A DNA stretch of 64,000 nt from an uncultured Candidatus Saccharibacteria bacterium (GTDB taxonomy: Bacteria > Patescibacteriota > Minisyncoccia > Phycocordibacterales > UBA6899). How positions within the stretch are numbered: the stretch's first letter is position 1; every line of letters starts with the position of its first letter. The notes beneath the pieces were generated by a model, which saw only the letters and a list, made by a program, of their open reading frames with translations, was not told the origin of the DNA and ran no database searches. The position numbers and the translations under genes are program-made. Where the stretch lies: contig CAYLUP010000001.1 in the NCBI GenBank assembly GCA_964386905.1, positions 19,905-83,904 of the forward strand. Reading direction: 5' to 3'. Shown one piece after another: positions 8,663 through 17,078 of this stretch.

Positions 8663-9715
8663 ATGATAATGGATCGCTTCCTTGGATTTAGTGGCGCAGA
8701 TATTGGTATCGATTTAGGCACGGCAAATACGCTCGTGTATCTTCGAGATCATGGGATAATCATTGACGAACCTTCGGTCGTTGCTGTAAACCAAAAAACA
8801 GGCAGAGTGGTTGCTGTAGGAAGTGATGCAAAACAAATGCTTGGGAGAACCCCGGGGCATATTGTTGCAATTCGACCTCTCGTTGGAGGAGTCATCTCTG
8901 ATTTTGAAGTCACAGAAGAAATGCTTGCGCACTTTATCAATAAGGCGCAGCGACTTTCGAAAAAACAAGGAAGGCCACGTGTTGTCATTGGTGTTCCAAC
9001 GCTGATTACGAACGTGGAAACACGAGCGGTGCGAGATGCTGCAATCAATGCTGGTGCAAAAGAAGTCTATATTGTTGAGGAGCCAATGGCTGCAGCAATT
9101 GGTATTCGTCTTCCGGTTACCGAACCTGTTGGATCAATGATTATTGATATCGGCGGAGGGACAACGGATATCGCAGTCATTTCTCTTGCAGGTATTGTGA
9201 ATGCGAAGAATCTTAAAATTGCAGGAGATCGTTTTAATGCTGACATTTCTTCATATATTCGTGATGAGTTCAAGATTTTGATCGGTGAACGTACTGCGGA
9301 AGAAGTAAAGATAAAAATTGGTGCAGCAATTAAACCAAAGGAACCGAGAGAGGCTGCTATTCGTGGGCGAGACTTGCTCACGGGGCTTCCTCGAGAAGTG
9401 ATTGTGACTGATGTTGATCTCCGTGAGGCGCTTGCCCCATCACTTGCCGCACTCGTTGAGGCAACAAAAGAAGTCCTTGAAACTGCTCCACCGGAAATTC
9501 TTGCAGACGTTATGCATCGCGGTATTGTGATTGCGGGAGGAGGTGCACTCATTCATGGGTTGCCCGAGCTTCTGTCTGCAGCACTCAAACTTCCTGTCGT
9601 CACAGCAGATGACCCACTTACTGCCGTTGCGCGTGGAACTGGTATTATTATTGAGAATCTTGATATGTATCGAGAGGTGCTCATTGAGCATGACAATGAG
9701 CTTCCAACGCGATAA
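8663..9715 (+). CDS. mreB: Rod shape-determining protein MreB.
   Basis: DIGIDLGTANTLVY, IDIGGGTTDIAVIS and GIVIAGGGALIHGL actin-fold motifs. Confidence 0.95.
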   Translation: MIMDRFLGFSGADIGIDLGTANTLVYLRDHGIIIDEPSVVAVNQKTGRVVAVGSDAKQMLGRTPGHIVAIRPLVGGVISDFEVTEEMLAHFINKAQRLSKKQGRPRVVIGVPTLITNVETRAVRDAAINAGAKEVYIVEEPMAAAIGIRLPVTEPVGSMIIDIGGGTTDIAVISLAGIVNAKNLKIAGDRFNADISSYIRDEFKILIGERTAEEVKIKIGAAIKPKEPREAAIRGRDLLTGLPREVIVTDVDLREALAPSLAALVEATKEVLETAPPEILADVMHRGIVIAGGGALIHGLPELLSAALKLPVVTADDPLTAVARGTGIIIENLDMYREVLIEHDNELPTR

Positions 9716-9717
9716 TC

Positions 9718-10539
9718 ATGGTGATGAATTTTCGACAACATCGAATGGAAAAAGAAAAGCGCCGAAAAATATATGGCGCAATTTTTCTGTTTACTCTTGT
9801 ATTTTTGCTTGGGAGAAAGCCAGTATTAGACATGGGCGCACGAGTTCTCCATCTGATTGGGATACCGTTTTGGCACATGGCCGAAAGTGTTCAATCTGAT
9901 GCCTCGTATATGATGCAATATGTACGTCCAAGAAAGGTTCTTGTTTCCGATATTCTTTCGCTCGAAAAGAAATTGCAAGATTTGAGTTCTGCCTCATTGG
10001 AAATCGATGCATTACGTGCAGAAAACCTTCGTCTGAAAGAGGAACTTGGACGCAAGGAGTCTGAGCAAAAAGTCATTGCGCGAGTGTTGTCGCGTCCTCC
10101 CGCACAAATATACGATACACTTATCGTTGATGTTGGAGAGAAGGATGGGGTTTCTTTGGGAGATATTGTCTTTGCGCATGGTGAGTATGTGGTCGGTACC
10201 GTGACTCGAGTATACACACATACTGCCGTCGTCACTCTCCTTTCTGCTCCAGGGGAATCTCGCACAGTATCTGTTGCTGGTAGTGATAGTGAATCTCCTG
10301 AAGTTTTCGAATTACATTTTACAGGTATTGGTGGTGGAGGATTTAAAACACAAGTTCCAAAGCATATGATGTTGAAGCCGGGGGCGCCACTCGCTCTCCC
10401 TCTGTCAAAAACGGCCTTTCTCGGTGTCCTTAGCACGGAAACTATTCCAGAAAGTGGTTCATTGAAAGAAGTTTTTGCAACGTTACCATTTAGTATAAAT
10501 GCATTAGATTGGGTAAGTATCCATTCAATGAAACAGTGA
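9718..10539 (+). CDS. mreC: Rod shape-determining protein MreC.
   Basis: Immediately downstream of mreB. N-terminal TM, coiled coil (LEIDALRAENLRLKEEL), then a beta-rich C-terminus. Confidence 0.8.
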   Translation: MVMNFRQHRMEKEKRRKIYGAIFLFTLVFLLGRKPVLDMGARVLHLIGIPFWHMAESVQSDASYMMQYVRPRKVLVSDILSLEKKLQDLSSASLEIDALRAENLRLKEELGRKESEQKVIARVLSRPPAQIYDTLIVDVGEKDGVSLGDIVFAHGEYVVGTVTRVYTHTAVVTLLSAPGESRTVSVAGSDSESPEVFELHFTGIGGGGFKTQVPKHMMLKPGAPLALPLSKTAFLGVLSTETIPESGSLKEVFATLPFSINALDWVSIHSMKQ

Positions 10540-10541
10540 AT

Positions 10542-10826
10542 ATGATGAAACGTGGTACACAAAAAGAGCGTCTTGTGGTGAATGTGTTGCTTTTTTGTGC
10601 ACTATTTTTTCTGCCAAGCATGTTTACATTTTTCTTAGGATTCATCGCGGCATTTCGGTACCATCGTTTTTATGAGTTTGCCGCATATGCTTTCTTTTTA
10701 GATGTGTTGTATCATTCACGCCTTGATATTGTAGGTGTTGGCTTGTTTGGGTTTGCACTCGCGATCGTAGTACTCTCTGATGTTGTATACGAGTATTTGC
10801 GCATGCATACAAAAGATACGTTGTAA
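10542..10826 (+). CDS. mreD: Rod shape-determining protein MreD (small polytopic membrane protein).
   Basis: Position between mreC and mrdA. 3-4 predicted TM helices. ATG 3 nt after the mreC stop. Confidence 0.55.
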   Translation: MMKRGTQKERLVVNVLLFCALFFLPSMFTFFLGFIAAFRYHRFYEFAAYAFFLDVLYHSRLDIVGVGLFGFALAIVVLSDVVYEYLRMHTKDTL

Positions 10827-10836
10827 ATTTTGCTCT

Positions 10837-12642
10837 ATGAGAAAGTTGTTTCAAAAAAGAACATTAATTCAAGAAGACATCGCTCCTGATGAAATTTTTT
10901 TGGATGATAGAAATATGCCAGGTTTCGATGTTCAACAGTTCGAAGGGAGAATCGAGAGACCAATATCGCGTTATTCAATGTATGCGCTTGGTGGTATGTT
11001 TGTTGTTATTGTCTCATTGTTTTGGTGGAAAACTGCATCATTACAGATTGCACAAGGTGATCATTATGCGTTGCAGTCTATGCGAAATAAAATTGATGAG
11101 TATTACATTTTCCCAGAACGAGGTGTTATTCGTGATCGAAATGGAACACCCTTGGCCTGGAATACCCCAAATGAAGAAGGAGAAAAGTCTGATTTTGCAA
11201 AAAGAAAATATATTGACAAGACTGGTTTTGGGCACGTCCTTGGATATCTCGGTTATCCACTCAAGGACAAGAACGGCTTATACTACCAAAAGGAGTATAC
11301 TGCGGTCAGTGGTGTAGAGTCACAGTACCACTCACTATTGTCTGGGACAATAGGGAAACATCTCGTGGAAGTTGACGCGCGTGGGCACGTTGTCTGGTCC
11401 AATACTGTCATCCCACCAACCCCGGGAAAAGACATTACACTTTCCATTGACGCAGATATCCAACATGCGCTTCATGAACAGATTGCATCTATTGCAAAAA
11501 CTGGAGATTGGAAGGGCGGTGCTGGTGCAATTATGGATATTGATACTGGGGAACTTCTCGCCCTGACATCATTCCCTGAGTTTGATTCGAATGTGATGAC
11601 GGAGCGAACGGATGTGGAGTTGATGCAAAAGTACAACAGTGATAAGCGCGCACCATTTATGAACAGAGCTGTTGCCGGCCAGTTTACACCTGGATCAATT
11701 GTAAAGCCTTTGCTTGCACTTGCAGGTCTTCAGGAAAAGCTCATCACCGAACACACAACAATTGTATCGACAGGTAAGCTCGTTATTCCAAATCCGTATT
11801 TCCCAGATAAGCCGAGTGTGTTCACTGATTGGAAGGCTCATGGTCCAATGACTGTTCGAGAGGGCATCGTATATTCTTCCAATGTATTCTTTTATGAAAT
11901 CGGGGGAGGTTTTGGTTCTCAGAAAGGGCTCGGCATACAAAAACTTGAACAGTGGTATCGGCAATTTGGGTATGGCGCACCAACAGGAATTGATTTAGAA
12001 GGTGAGGCTGAGGGTATTTTACCAAATCCAGCATGGAAAGAGCGGGTGTTTAATGGGGATCCATGGAGAGTTGGTGACACATACTTTACGAGCATCGGTC
12101 AATATGGCGTGCAGGCAACTCTCCTCCAGCCACTCGTTGCTGTGGCCGCAATTGCAAACAGTGGAACTATTCTTACTCCTCATCTCAAGCAAGGTGGTGA
12201 ATACCCAACACGAAAGCTCCCGATTCTTGAGAAACACTTTGTTCCTGTGCAGGAGGGGATGCGCGCTGCAGTGACGAAGGGAACAGCGAATGTCCTTGCA
12301 ATGAATGGTGTCCGTATTGCAGCAAAAACAGGAACCGCAGAATTGGGGGTTACAAAACGCCGTGTCAATTCATGGGTGATAGGATTTTTCCCCTTCGAAA
12401 AACCAAAGTACGCGTTTGCTTTAGTGATGGAGCATGGTGTAAAAGGAGACACAAAAAATGCCAGTTATACAATGAGACGTTTTTTTGACTGGTTAGCAGA
12501 TGAACGTCCAACAATGCTTGGTCTCAAAGAGAAAAGAGAAGAGCCAAAAGAGGAAATTGCTGGTCGCGATGAGGAAGCCGAGGCTCCAAGCCCACTTGAA
12601 TTACACGCATCAGGAACCACACCCACAGCACCTTCCAATTAG
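10837..12642 (+). CDS. mrdA: Penicillin-binding protein 2 (peptidoglycan D,D-transpeptidase), with a low-complexity acidic C-terminal tail.
   Basis: TM anchor. Dimerisation domain. Transpeptidase motifs including SIVKP (SxxK), SSN and KTGTA. Start moved to MRKLFQKRT just after the mreD stop. Confidence 0.88.
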   Translation: MRKLFQKRTLIQEDIAPDEIFLDDRNMPGFDVQQFEGRIERPISRYSMYALGGMFVVIVSLFWWKTASLQIAQGDHYALQSMRNKIDEYYIFPERGVIRDRNGTPLAWNTPNEEGEKSDFAKRKYIDKTGFGHVLGYLGYPLKDKNGLYYQKEYTAVSGVESQYHSLLSGTIGKHLVEVDARGHVVWSNTVIPPTPGKDITLSIDADIQHALHEQIASIAKTGDWKGGAGAIMDIDTGELLALTSFPEFDSNVMTERTDVELMQKYNSDKRAPFMNRAVAGQFTPGSIVKPLLALAGLQEKLITEHTTIVSTGKLVIPNPYFPDKPSVFTDWKAHGPMTVREGIVYSSNVFFYEIGGGFGSQKGLGIQKLEQWYRQFGYGAPTGIDLEGEAEGILPNPAWKERVFNGDPWRVGDTYFTSIGQYGVQATLLQPLVAVAAIANSGTILTPHLKQGGEYPTRKLPILEKHFVPVQEGMRAAVTKGTANVLAMNGVRIAAKTGTAELGVTKRRVNSWVIGFFPFEKPKYAFALVMEHGVKGDTKNASYTMRRFFDWLADERPTMLGLKEKREEPKEEIAGRDEEAEAPSPLELHASGTTPTAPSN

Positions 12643-12669
12643 AAGACATTTATGTTATAGTTCGCACAT

Positions 12670-13134
12670 ATGAATACTCCACAGGAATATTTGAGCAAAG
12701 AAAAACACGATGAGCTCGTAGCAGAGCTCGATCTTTTGACAAGAGTTCGTCGAAAGGAAATTGCTGAGGCCCTCGAAGCAGCAAAGGCACTTGGTGACCT
12801 TTCTGAGAATGCAGAGTACCATTCAGCCCGCGAAGCACAAGCCGCATTGGAAGAGCGTATCTCTATGCTTGAAGAGATTCTTCGTACAGCAATTGTGGTT
12901 GGTGCACATCATAAGAAAGATACAATTGATATTGGTGCACAAGTGGCAGTTACAATAGGTGGGAAGAAAACAATATACACGCTTGTCGGGTCAGAAGAGA
13001 CTGACGTCGCTTCAGGGAAAATCTCAAATCGATCACCCCTAGGTGAAGCGCTCATGGGTAAAAAGAAAGGCGATAGCATTTCTTACAAGACTCCCATTGG
13101 AGTTCAAGAGTGCACGATTGTATCATTTGAATAA
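12670..13134 (+). CDS. greA: Transcription elongation factor GreA.
   Basis: LTRVRRKEIAEALEAAKALGDLSENAEYHSAREAQA coiled-coil plus a C-terminal FKBP-like domain, 154 aa. Confidence 0.93.
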   Translation: MNTPQEYLSKEKHDELVAELDLLTRVRRKEIAEALEAAKALGDLSENAEYHSAREAQAALEERISMLEEILRTAIVVGAHHKKDTIDIGAQVAVTIGGKKTIYTLVGSEETDVASGKISNRSPLGEALMGKKKGDSISYKTPIGVQECTIVSFE

Positions 13135-13142
13135 TTATTCCA

Positions 13143-13215
13143 GTAAGTAGTAAGTAGTAAGTAGGCTCATGTATGTTGAGTATATTACTTACTACTTTAT
13201 ACTTACTTTTATTTT
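13143..13215 (+). terminator. Long hairpin built from AGTAAGT heptamer repeats, followed by a U-run directly abutting the lysS ATG.
   Basis: AGTAAGTAGTAAGTAGTAAGTAG ... ACTTACTACTTTATACTTACT, about 21 bp stem, then TTTTATTTTATT. Confidence 0.6.
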
Positions 13216-13218
13216 ATT

Positions 13219-14682
13219 ATGGCTTCATTAGAAGAAATCCGCTCCGAGCGAATCAAAAAGCACGATGCTCTTCGAGCAAGAGGTGTGAACCCATACCCAT
13301 CTCGTGTACCACGAACGCATGCGCTTCGCGTTGTGCGTGAACAGTTTGTCTCGCTTGAAAAAGAATCGCATGTAATTTCTTGTGTTGGGCGCGTGATGGC
13401 AATCCGCGGTCAGGGAGCGATTCAGTTTATTGTATTAAATGATGGGACTGCTGAGTTGCAGGCCGTGCTTAAGCGTGACGAAATTGGGGAAGAGCAGATG
13501 GGGTTTTTTGGCGAGGTTGTTGATATGGGGGACTTTGTTTCTGTCACAGGAGTTCCATTTACGACTCAGCGTGGAGAGATGAGTATTCTCGTTCAGTCGT
13601 GGGTTATGGCCTCAAAATCCTTATTGCCTCTCCCTGATAAATGGGCTGGTCTTCAAGATGAGGAAGAGAAGATGCGCAAGCGCTATCTCGATATCCTGAC
13701 GAATCCGGATTTGAAAGAGTTGTTTATTAAGAAGGCAAAGTTCTGGCAGGCGATGCGAACCTTCTTGATGCAAGAAGGATTTCTTGAAGTTGAAACTCCT
13801 GTTCTTGAAGTGACGACAGGCGGTGCTGATGCACGTCCATTTGCCTCACATCATTGGGCTCTCGATATTCCCGTATTTAATCGTATTTCTTGCGGTGAGC
13901 TTTGGCAAAAGCGCCTTATGGTTGCTGGATATCCTAAAACATTCGAGATTGGACGTATATTTCGCAATGAAGGAATGAGTCCTGAGCACGCACAAGACTA
14001 CACGCAAATGGAGTGCTATGCTGCGTGGGAAAATTTTGAAGAAGGGATGGATTTTGTTGAGCGGCTGTATAAATATGTCGCATTTGAGGCATTTGGTAAA
14101 ACAGAATTTGAAATTCGAGGTTTTCATATCGACCTTGGAAAGAAGTGGGAGCGATATGACTACGCAGAGAAGATCAAAGAGATGACTGGTATTGATATCA
14201 CTTCAGCAACCCAGAAAGAACTTGACGCAAAGCTTCATGAACTAAAAATAAAGTTTGATCCAAAAGGTTGGAATCGCATGCGCGCGATAGATAACTTGTG
14301 GAAATGGTGTCGTAAGCAGATTGCCGGGCCAGGATTTCTTATTAACGCTCCTGTTGAGATGGCACCGCTGGCGAAGGTGGCAAAAGATGGTAAGACTGTC
14401 GAGATGTACCAGCCAATTATTGCGGGTTCTGAAGTGGGAAGGGGATACAGTGAGTTAAACGATCCGCTTGACCAAAGACGTCGTTTTGAAGAACAGCAAG
14501 CCATGCGTGATGCCGGAGACGAAGAAGCACAGATGGCAGATTGGGAATTTGTTGAAGCGCTTGAGCATGGAATGCCGCCAACGTCAGGATTTGGTGTGTC
14601 AGAAAGACTGTTTTCGTTCTTGGCAAATATGCCTATTCGAGAAGCACAACTTTTCCCACTCGTAAAACCCAAAGGGGAATAA
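13219..14682 (+). CDS. lysS: Lysine--tRNA ligase, class II.
   Basis: N-terminal OB anticodon-binding domain. Class II motifs (FRNEG, GGADARPF, ELNDP). 487 aa. Confidence 0.93.
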   Translation: MASLEEIRSERIKKHDALRARGVNPYPSRVPRTHALRVVREQFVSLEKESHVISCVGRVMAIRGQGAIQFIVLNDGTAELQAVLKRDEIGEEQMGFFGEVVDMGDFVSVTGVPFTTQRGEMSILVQSWVMASKSLLPLPDKWAGLQDEEEKMRKRYLDILTNPDLKELFIKKAKFWQAMRTFLMQEGFLEVETPVLEVTTGGADARPFASHHWALDIPVFNRISCGELWQKRLMVAGYPKTFEIGRIFRNEGMSPEHAQDYTQMECYAAWENFEEGMDFVERLYKYVAFEAFGKTEFEIRGFHIDLGKKWERYDYAEKIKEMTGIDITSATQKELDAKLHELKIKFDPKGWNRMRAIDNLWKWCRKQIAGPGFLINAPVEMAPLAKVAKDGKTVEMYQPIIAGSEVGRGYSELNDPLDQRRRFEEQQAMRDAGDEEAQMADWEFVEALEHGMPPTSGFGVSERLFSFLANMPIREAQLFPLVKPKGE

Positions 14683-14705
14683 AAACACGCGAAGGCGTGT
14701 TTTTG
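14681..14705 (+). terminator. Rho-independent terminator after lysS.
   Basis: aaaaACACGCgaagGCGTGTttttg. Confidence 0.75.
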
Positions 14706-14911
14706 TTATTGTGCTTTGCTTCGAGCTTTACTGGCCATCCGAGCATAAAAGATTCCCAGGAAGGGGAGTTTTTTGATGAAGACAATATTACTCACGACTA
14801 AAGACTCATACCTCATGACTGATACGGGAAATTATTTCGCGACGTTATTTTCATGGCCAAATATGGCCGTCATACGGAAGTGGGGCATGTGGATAACTTT
14901 TTTGTTGCATA

Positions 14912-14957
14912 ATGGGGGAGAGTGGGATAAAATGGGAACATGTGGGAGAAAGTGGGA
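14912..14957 (+). promoter_or_regulatory. Array of five TGGGR direct repeats with exact 10 bp periodicity. Putative MraZ-box operator upstream of mraZ.
   Basis: ATGGGGgag aGTGGGAtaaa ATGGGAacat GTGGGAgaaa GTGGGAagc. Repeat starts fall near 14912, 14922, 14932, 14942 and 14952. Confidence 0.45.
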
Positions 14958-15257
14958 AGCCTGAGGAACAAATCATCAGCCACACTGCATGTCGCACGGA
15001 TAAAACGATATCGAAAGGTATGTGGGTACCGATCGATGTCGTCCGAGCGACACCTTGGTGTTGGTGTGTCATCTGCTGGTGTATGACACATCAACATCAG
15101 GGTGCCGCTTCGACAATTATTTTTCGCGCCTCTTCCGCTGTTTCGATATACAACTCACTCGATGTACTCCGAGTACATCTCGCTAGAGTTTGTATATCTC
15201 CAACAGCGGAATATGCATCGAAAAAGAATTGCCGATTACGCAATCCAATATTCAATT

Positions 15258-15692
15258 ATGTTTATCGGTGAATACACACATACGATAGATGAAAAGAAAC
15301 GCCTTTCTGTCCCGGCGAAGTTTCGAAAGGAGCTCGGAGAGAAGGCGGTTATTACATATGGTCTCAACAAGGCACTGACTCTCTATCCACTAGAAGAGTG
15401 GGAAACGTATGCAAATAAGCTTGCTGGACTTTCGGTGGGAAATCCGGAAGAACGTGCATATGCACGTACAATGCTTTCTGGAGCGTTTGAGGTGGAGCTC
15501 GACAAATCTGGGCGCATTCTCCTTCCACAGCAATTGACGCAGTACGCACAGATAGATGCGCGTGTCGTATTTACAGGAATGCACAAATACGTCGAATTGT
15601 GGGATGAGGCAACATGGAACGCATACCGTACATCTATTGTTCCGCAAGCAGATAGTTTGGCAGAATCACTCGGTTCACGAGGGGCAATCTAA
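15258..15692 (+). CDS. mraZ: Transcriptional regulator MraZ.
   Basis: MFIGEYTHTIDEKKRLSVPAKFR, plus a second MraZ half-domain (ILLPQQL...VVFTGMHKYVELW). Start moved to an internal ATG. Confidence 0.88.
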   Translation: MFIGEYTHTIDEKKRLSVPAKFRKELGEKAVITYGLNKALTLYPLEEWETYANKLAGLSVGNPEERAYARTMLSGAFEVELDKSGRILLPQQLTQYAQIDARVVFTGMHKYVELWDEATWNAYRTSIVPQADSLAESLGSRGAI

Positions 15693-15697
15693 GATAT

Positions 15698-16603
15698 ATG
15701 GATGAACCATTGACGCACGTGAGCGTGCTTTATCAAGAGTGCCTTGATGCATTGCAGTTACTCCCCGGGAAAACAATCGTTGACGGGACGTTCGGCGCAG
15801 GGGGTCATAGTAAAGGTATTGCATTAAAGATTGGGAAGACTGGAACACTTCTTTCGTTTGACCAAGACAAGACGGTCTTTGAAAAACCAGTCGCAGAAGA
15901 AATTCATTCGCTTACACATTTCATTCCTGTCGTTTCGAATTTTCGTTATGCAGATATACATGTAAGAGCTGCGGGCATAGAGAAAATTGATGGTGCGCTC
16001 CTTGACTTGGGGCTGTCGAGCACGCAGCTCGAACATTCAGAACGAGGTTTCAGTTTCAAACGAGACGAACCATTGTTTATGACGTTTTCTGCAGAGCCAG
16101 AACATGCCGATGTAACCGCAGAGACTGTCGTGAATGAATGGCAAGAAGAGGTGATTGCAAATGTCTTGTATGGTTTTGCAGAAGAAAAATTTTCTCGCCG
16201 AATAGCGCGAGCAATCATTGATGAAAGACAAAAGAAGCGCATACGAACAACAGGAGAGCTTGTAGATATTATCCAGCGTGCAACACCAGGATGGTATCAC
16301 CATGGTAAAACGCATTTTGCAACTCGCACGTTCCAGGCACTTCGTATGGCAGTTAACGATGAGCTCGGAAGTATTGAGGACGGCGTGTCTGGTCTTCTTG
16401 CGCTTTCGCATCCTGGAACCCGCATTGCTATCATCACCTTTCATTCAGTTGAAGATCGACTTGTTAAACATCTCTTTCGCAATTTAATCGATGGTCAAAA
16501 AGCATCTCTTGTATACAAGAAACCCCAGGCAGCTTCAGATGAAGAGTTGCGCAAGAACCCTCGATCTCGAAGTGCAAAATTACGAGTTATTGAAATTTTA
16601 TGA
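15698..16603 (+). CDS. rsmH: 16S rRNA (cytosine1402-N4)-methyltransferase RsmH.
   Basis: VDGTFGAGGHS SAM-binding motif. Conserved position after mraZ. Confidence 0.92.
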   Translation: MDEPLTHVSVLYQECLDALQLLPGKTIVDGTFGAGGHSKGIALKIGKTGTLLSFDQDKTVFEKPVAEEIHSLTHFIPVVSNFRYADIHVRAAGIEKIDGALLDLGLSSTQLEHSERGFSFKRDEPLFMTFSAEPEHADVTAETVVNEWQEEVIANVLYGFAEEKFSRRIARAIIDERQKKRIRTTGELVDIIQRATPGWYHHGKTHFATRTFQALRMAVNDELGSIEDGVSGLLALSHPGTRIAIITFHSVEDRLVKHLFRNLIDGQKASLVYKKPQAASDEELRKNPRSRSAKLRVIEIL

Positions 16604-16721
16604 GAATACCTATCACCGTACAACATACTATTCGCCCTGTCATTCGTATCTGGAATCGCACAAGCGGTAAGCCTAGGAAGCGATCGTTCTTTGCACGCAT
16701 TGTAAGGGTTTTTGCATAAAT

Positions 16722-17078
16722 ATGAAACAATATTTTCGTACACAACTGAATACGTTGACATACCATTTTGAGCAAAAAGCACAAACACTTTTTATTGTTT
16801 TTGCTTGTGTGTTCGCAACAAGTTTCATTACGTATATGTTTTTCGTTGTATCTTCATTGTCGTCGGGATTTTCATATCAACATATTCGAAAGGATATCCG
16901 CTCGGCAGAAACTCGTATTGCACAGCTTGAAGCGGATCGGATCATGAATATGAAAGCGGTAGATCTTTCTCTGGCCAAGGAACACGGTTATCAAGACATT
17001 GTTCCATCCCGATACATATCACAAAAAGATACTCGAGAGCGATTTTCACTTCGAACTGGTAAAGTCCATGAAGAATGA
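16722..17078 (+). CDS. ftsL: Cell division protein FtsL-like (single TM plus coiled coil).
   Basis: TM (LFIVFACVFATSFITYMFFVV) then a coiled coil (AETRIAQLEAD). Located between rsmH and ftsI. Confidence 0.55.
   Translation: MKQYFRTQLNTLTYHFEQKAQTLFIVFACVFATSFITYMFFVVSSLSSGFSYQHIRKDIRSAETRIAQLEADRIMNMKAVDLSLAKEHGYQDIVPSRYISQKDTRERFSLRTGKVHEE

Noticed and set aside
16999-17067. The ORF-track start of ftsI at 16999.
   Set aside because: Position 16999 is a TTG, and the first 23 codons lie inside ftsL. The internal ATG (MKNERRYK) precedes the TM anchor and gives a typical short ftsL-ftsI overlap.
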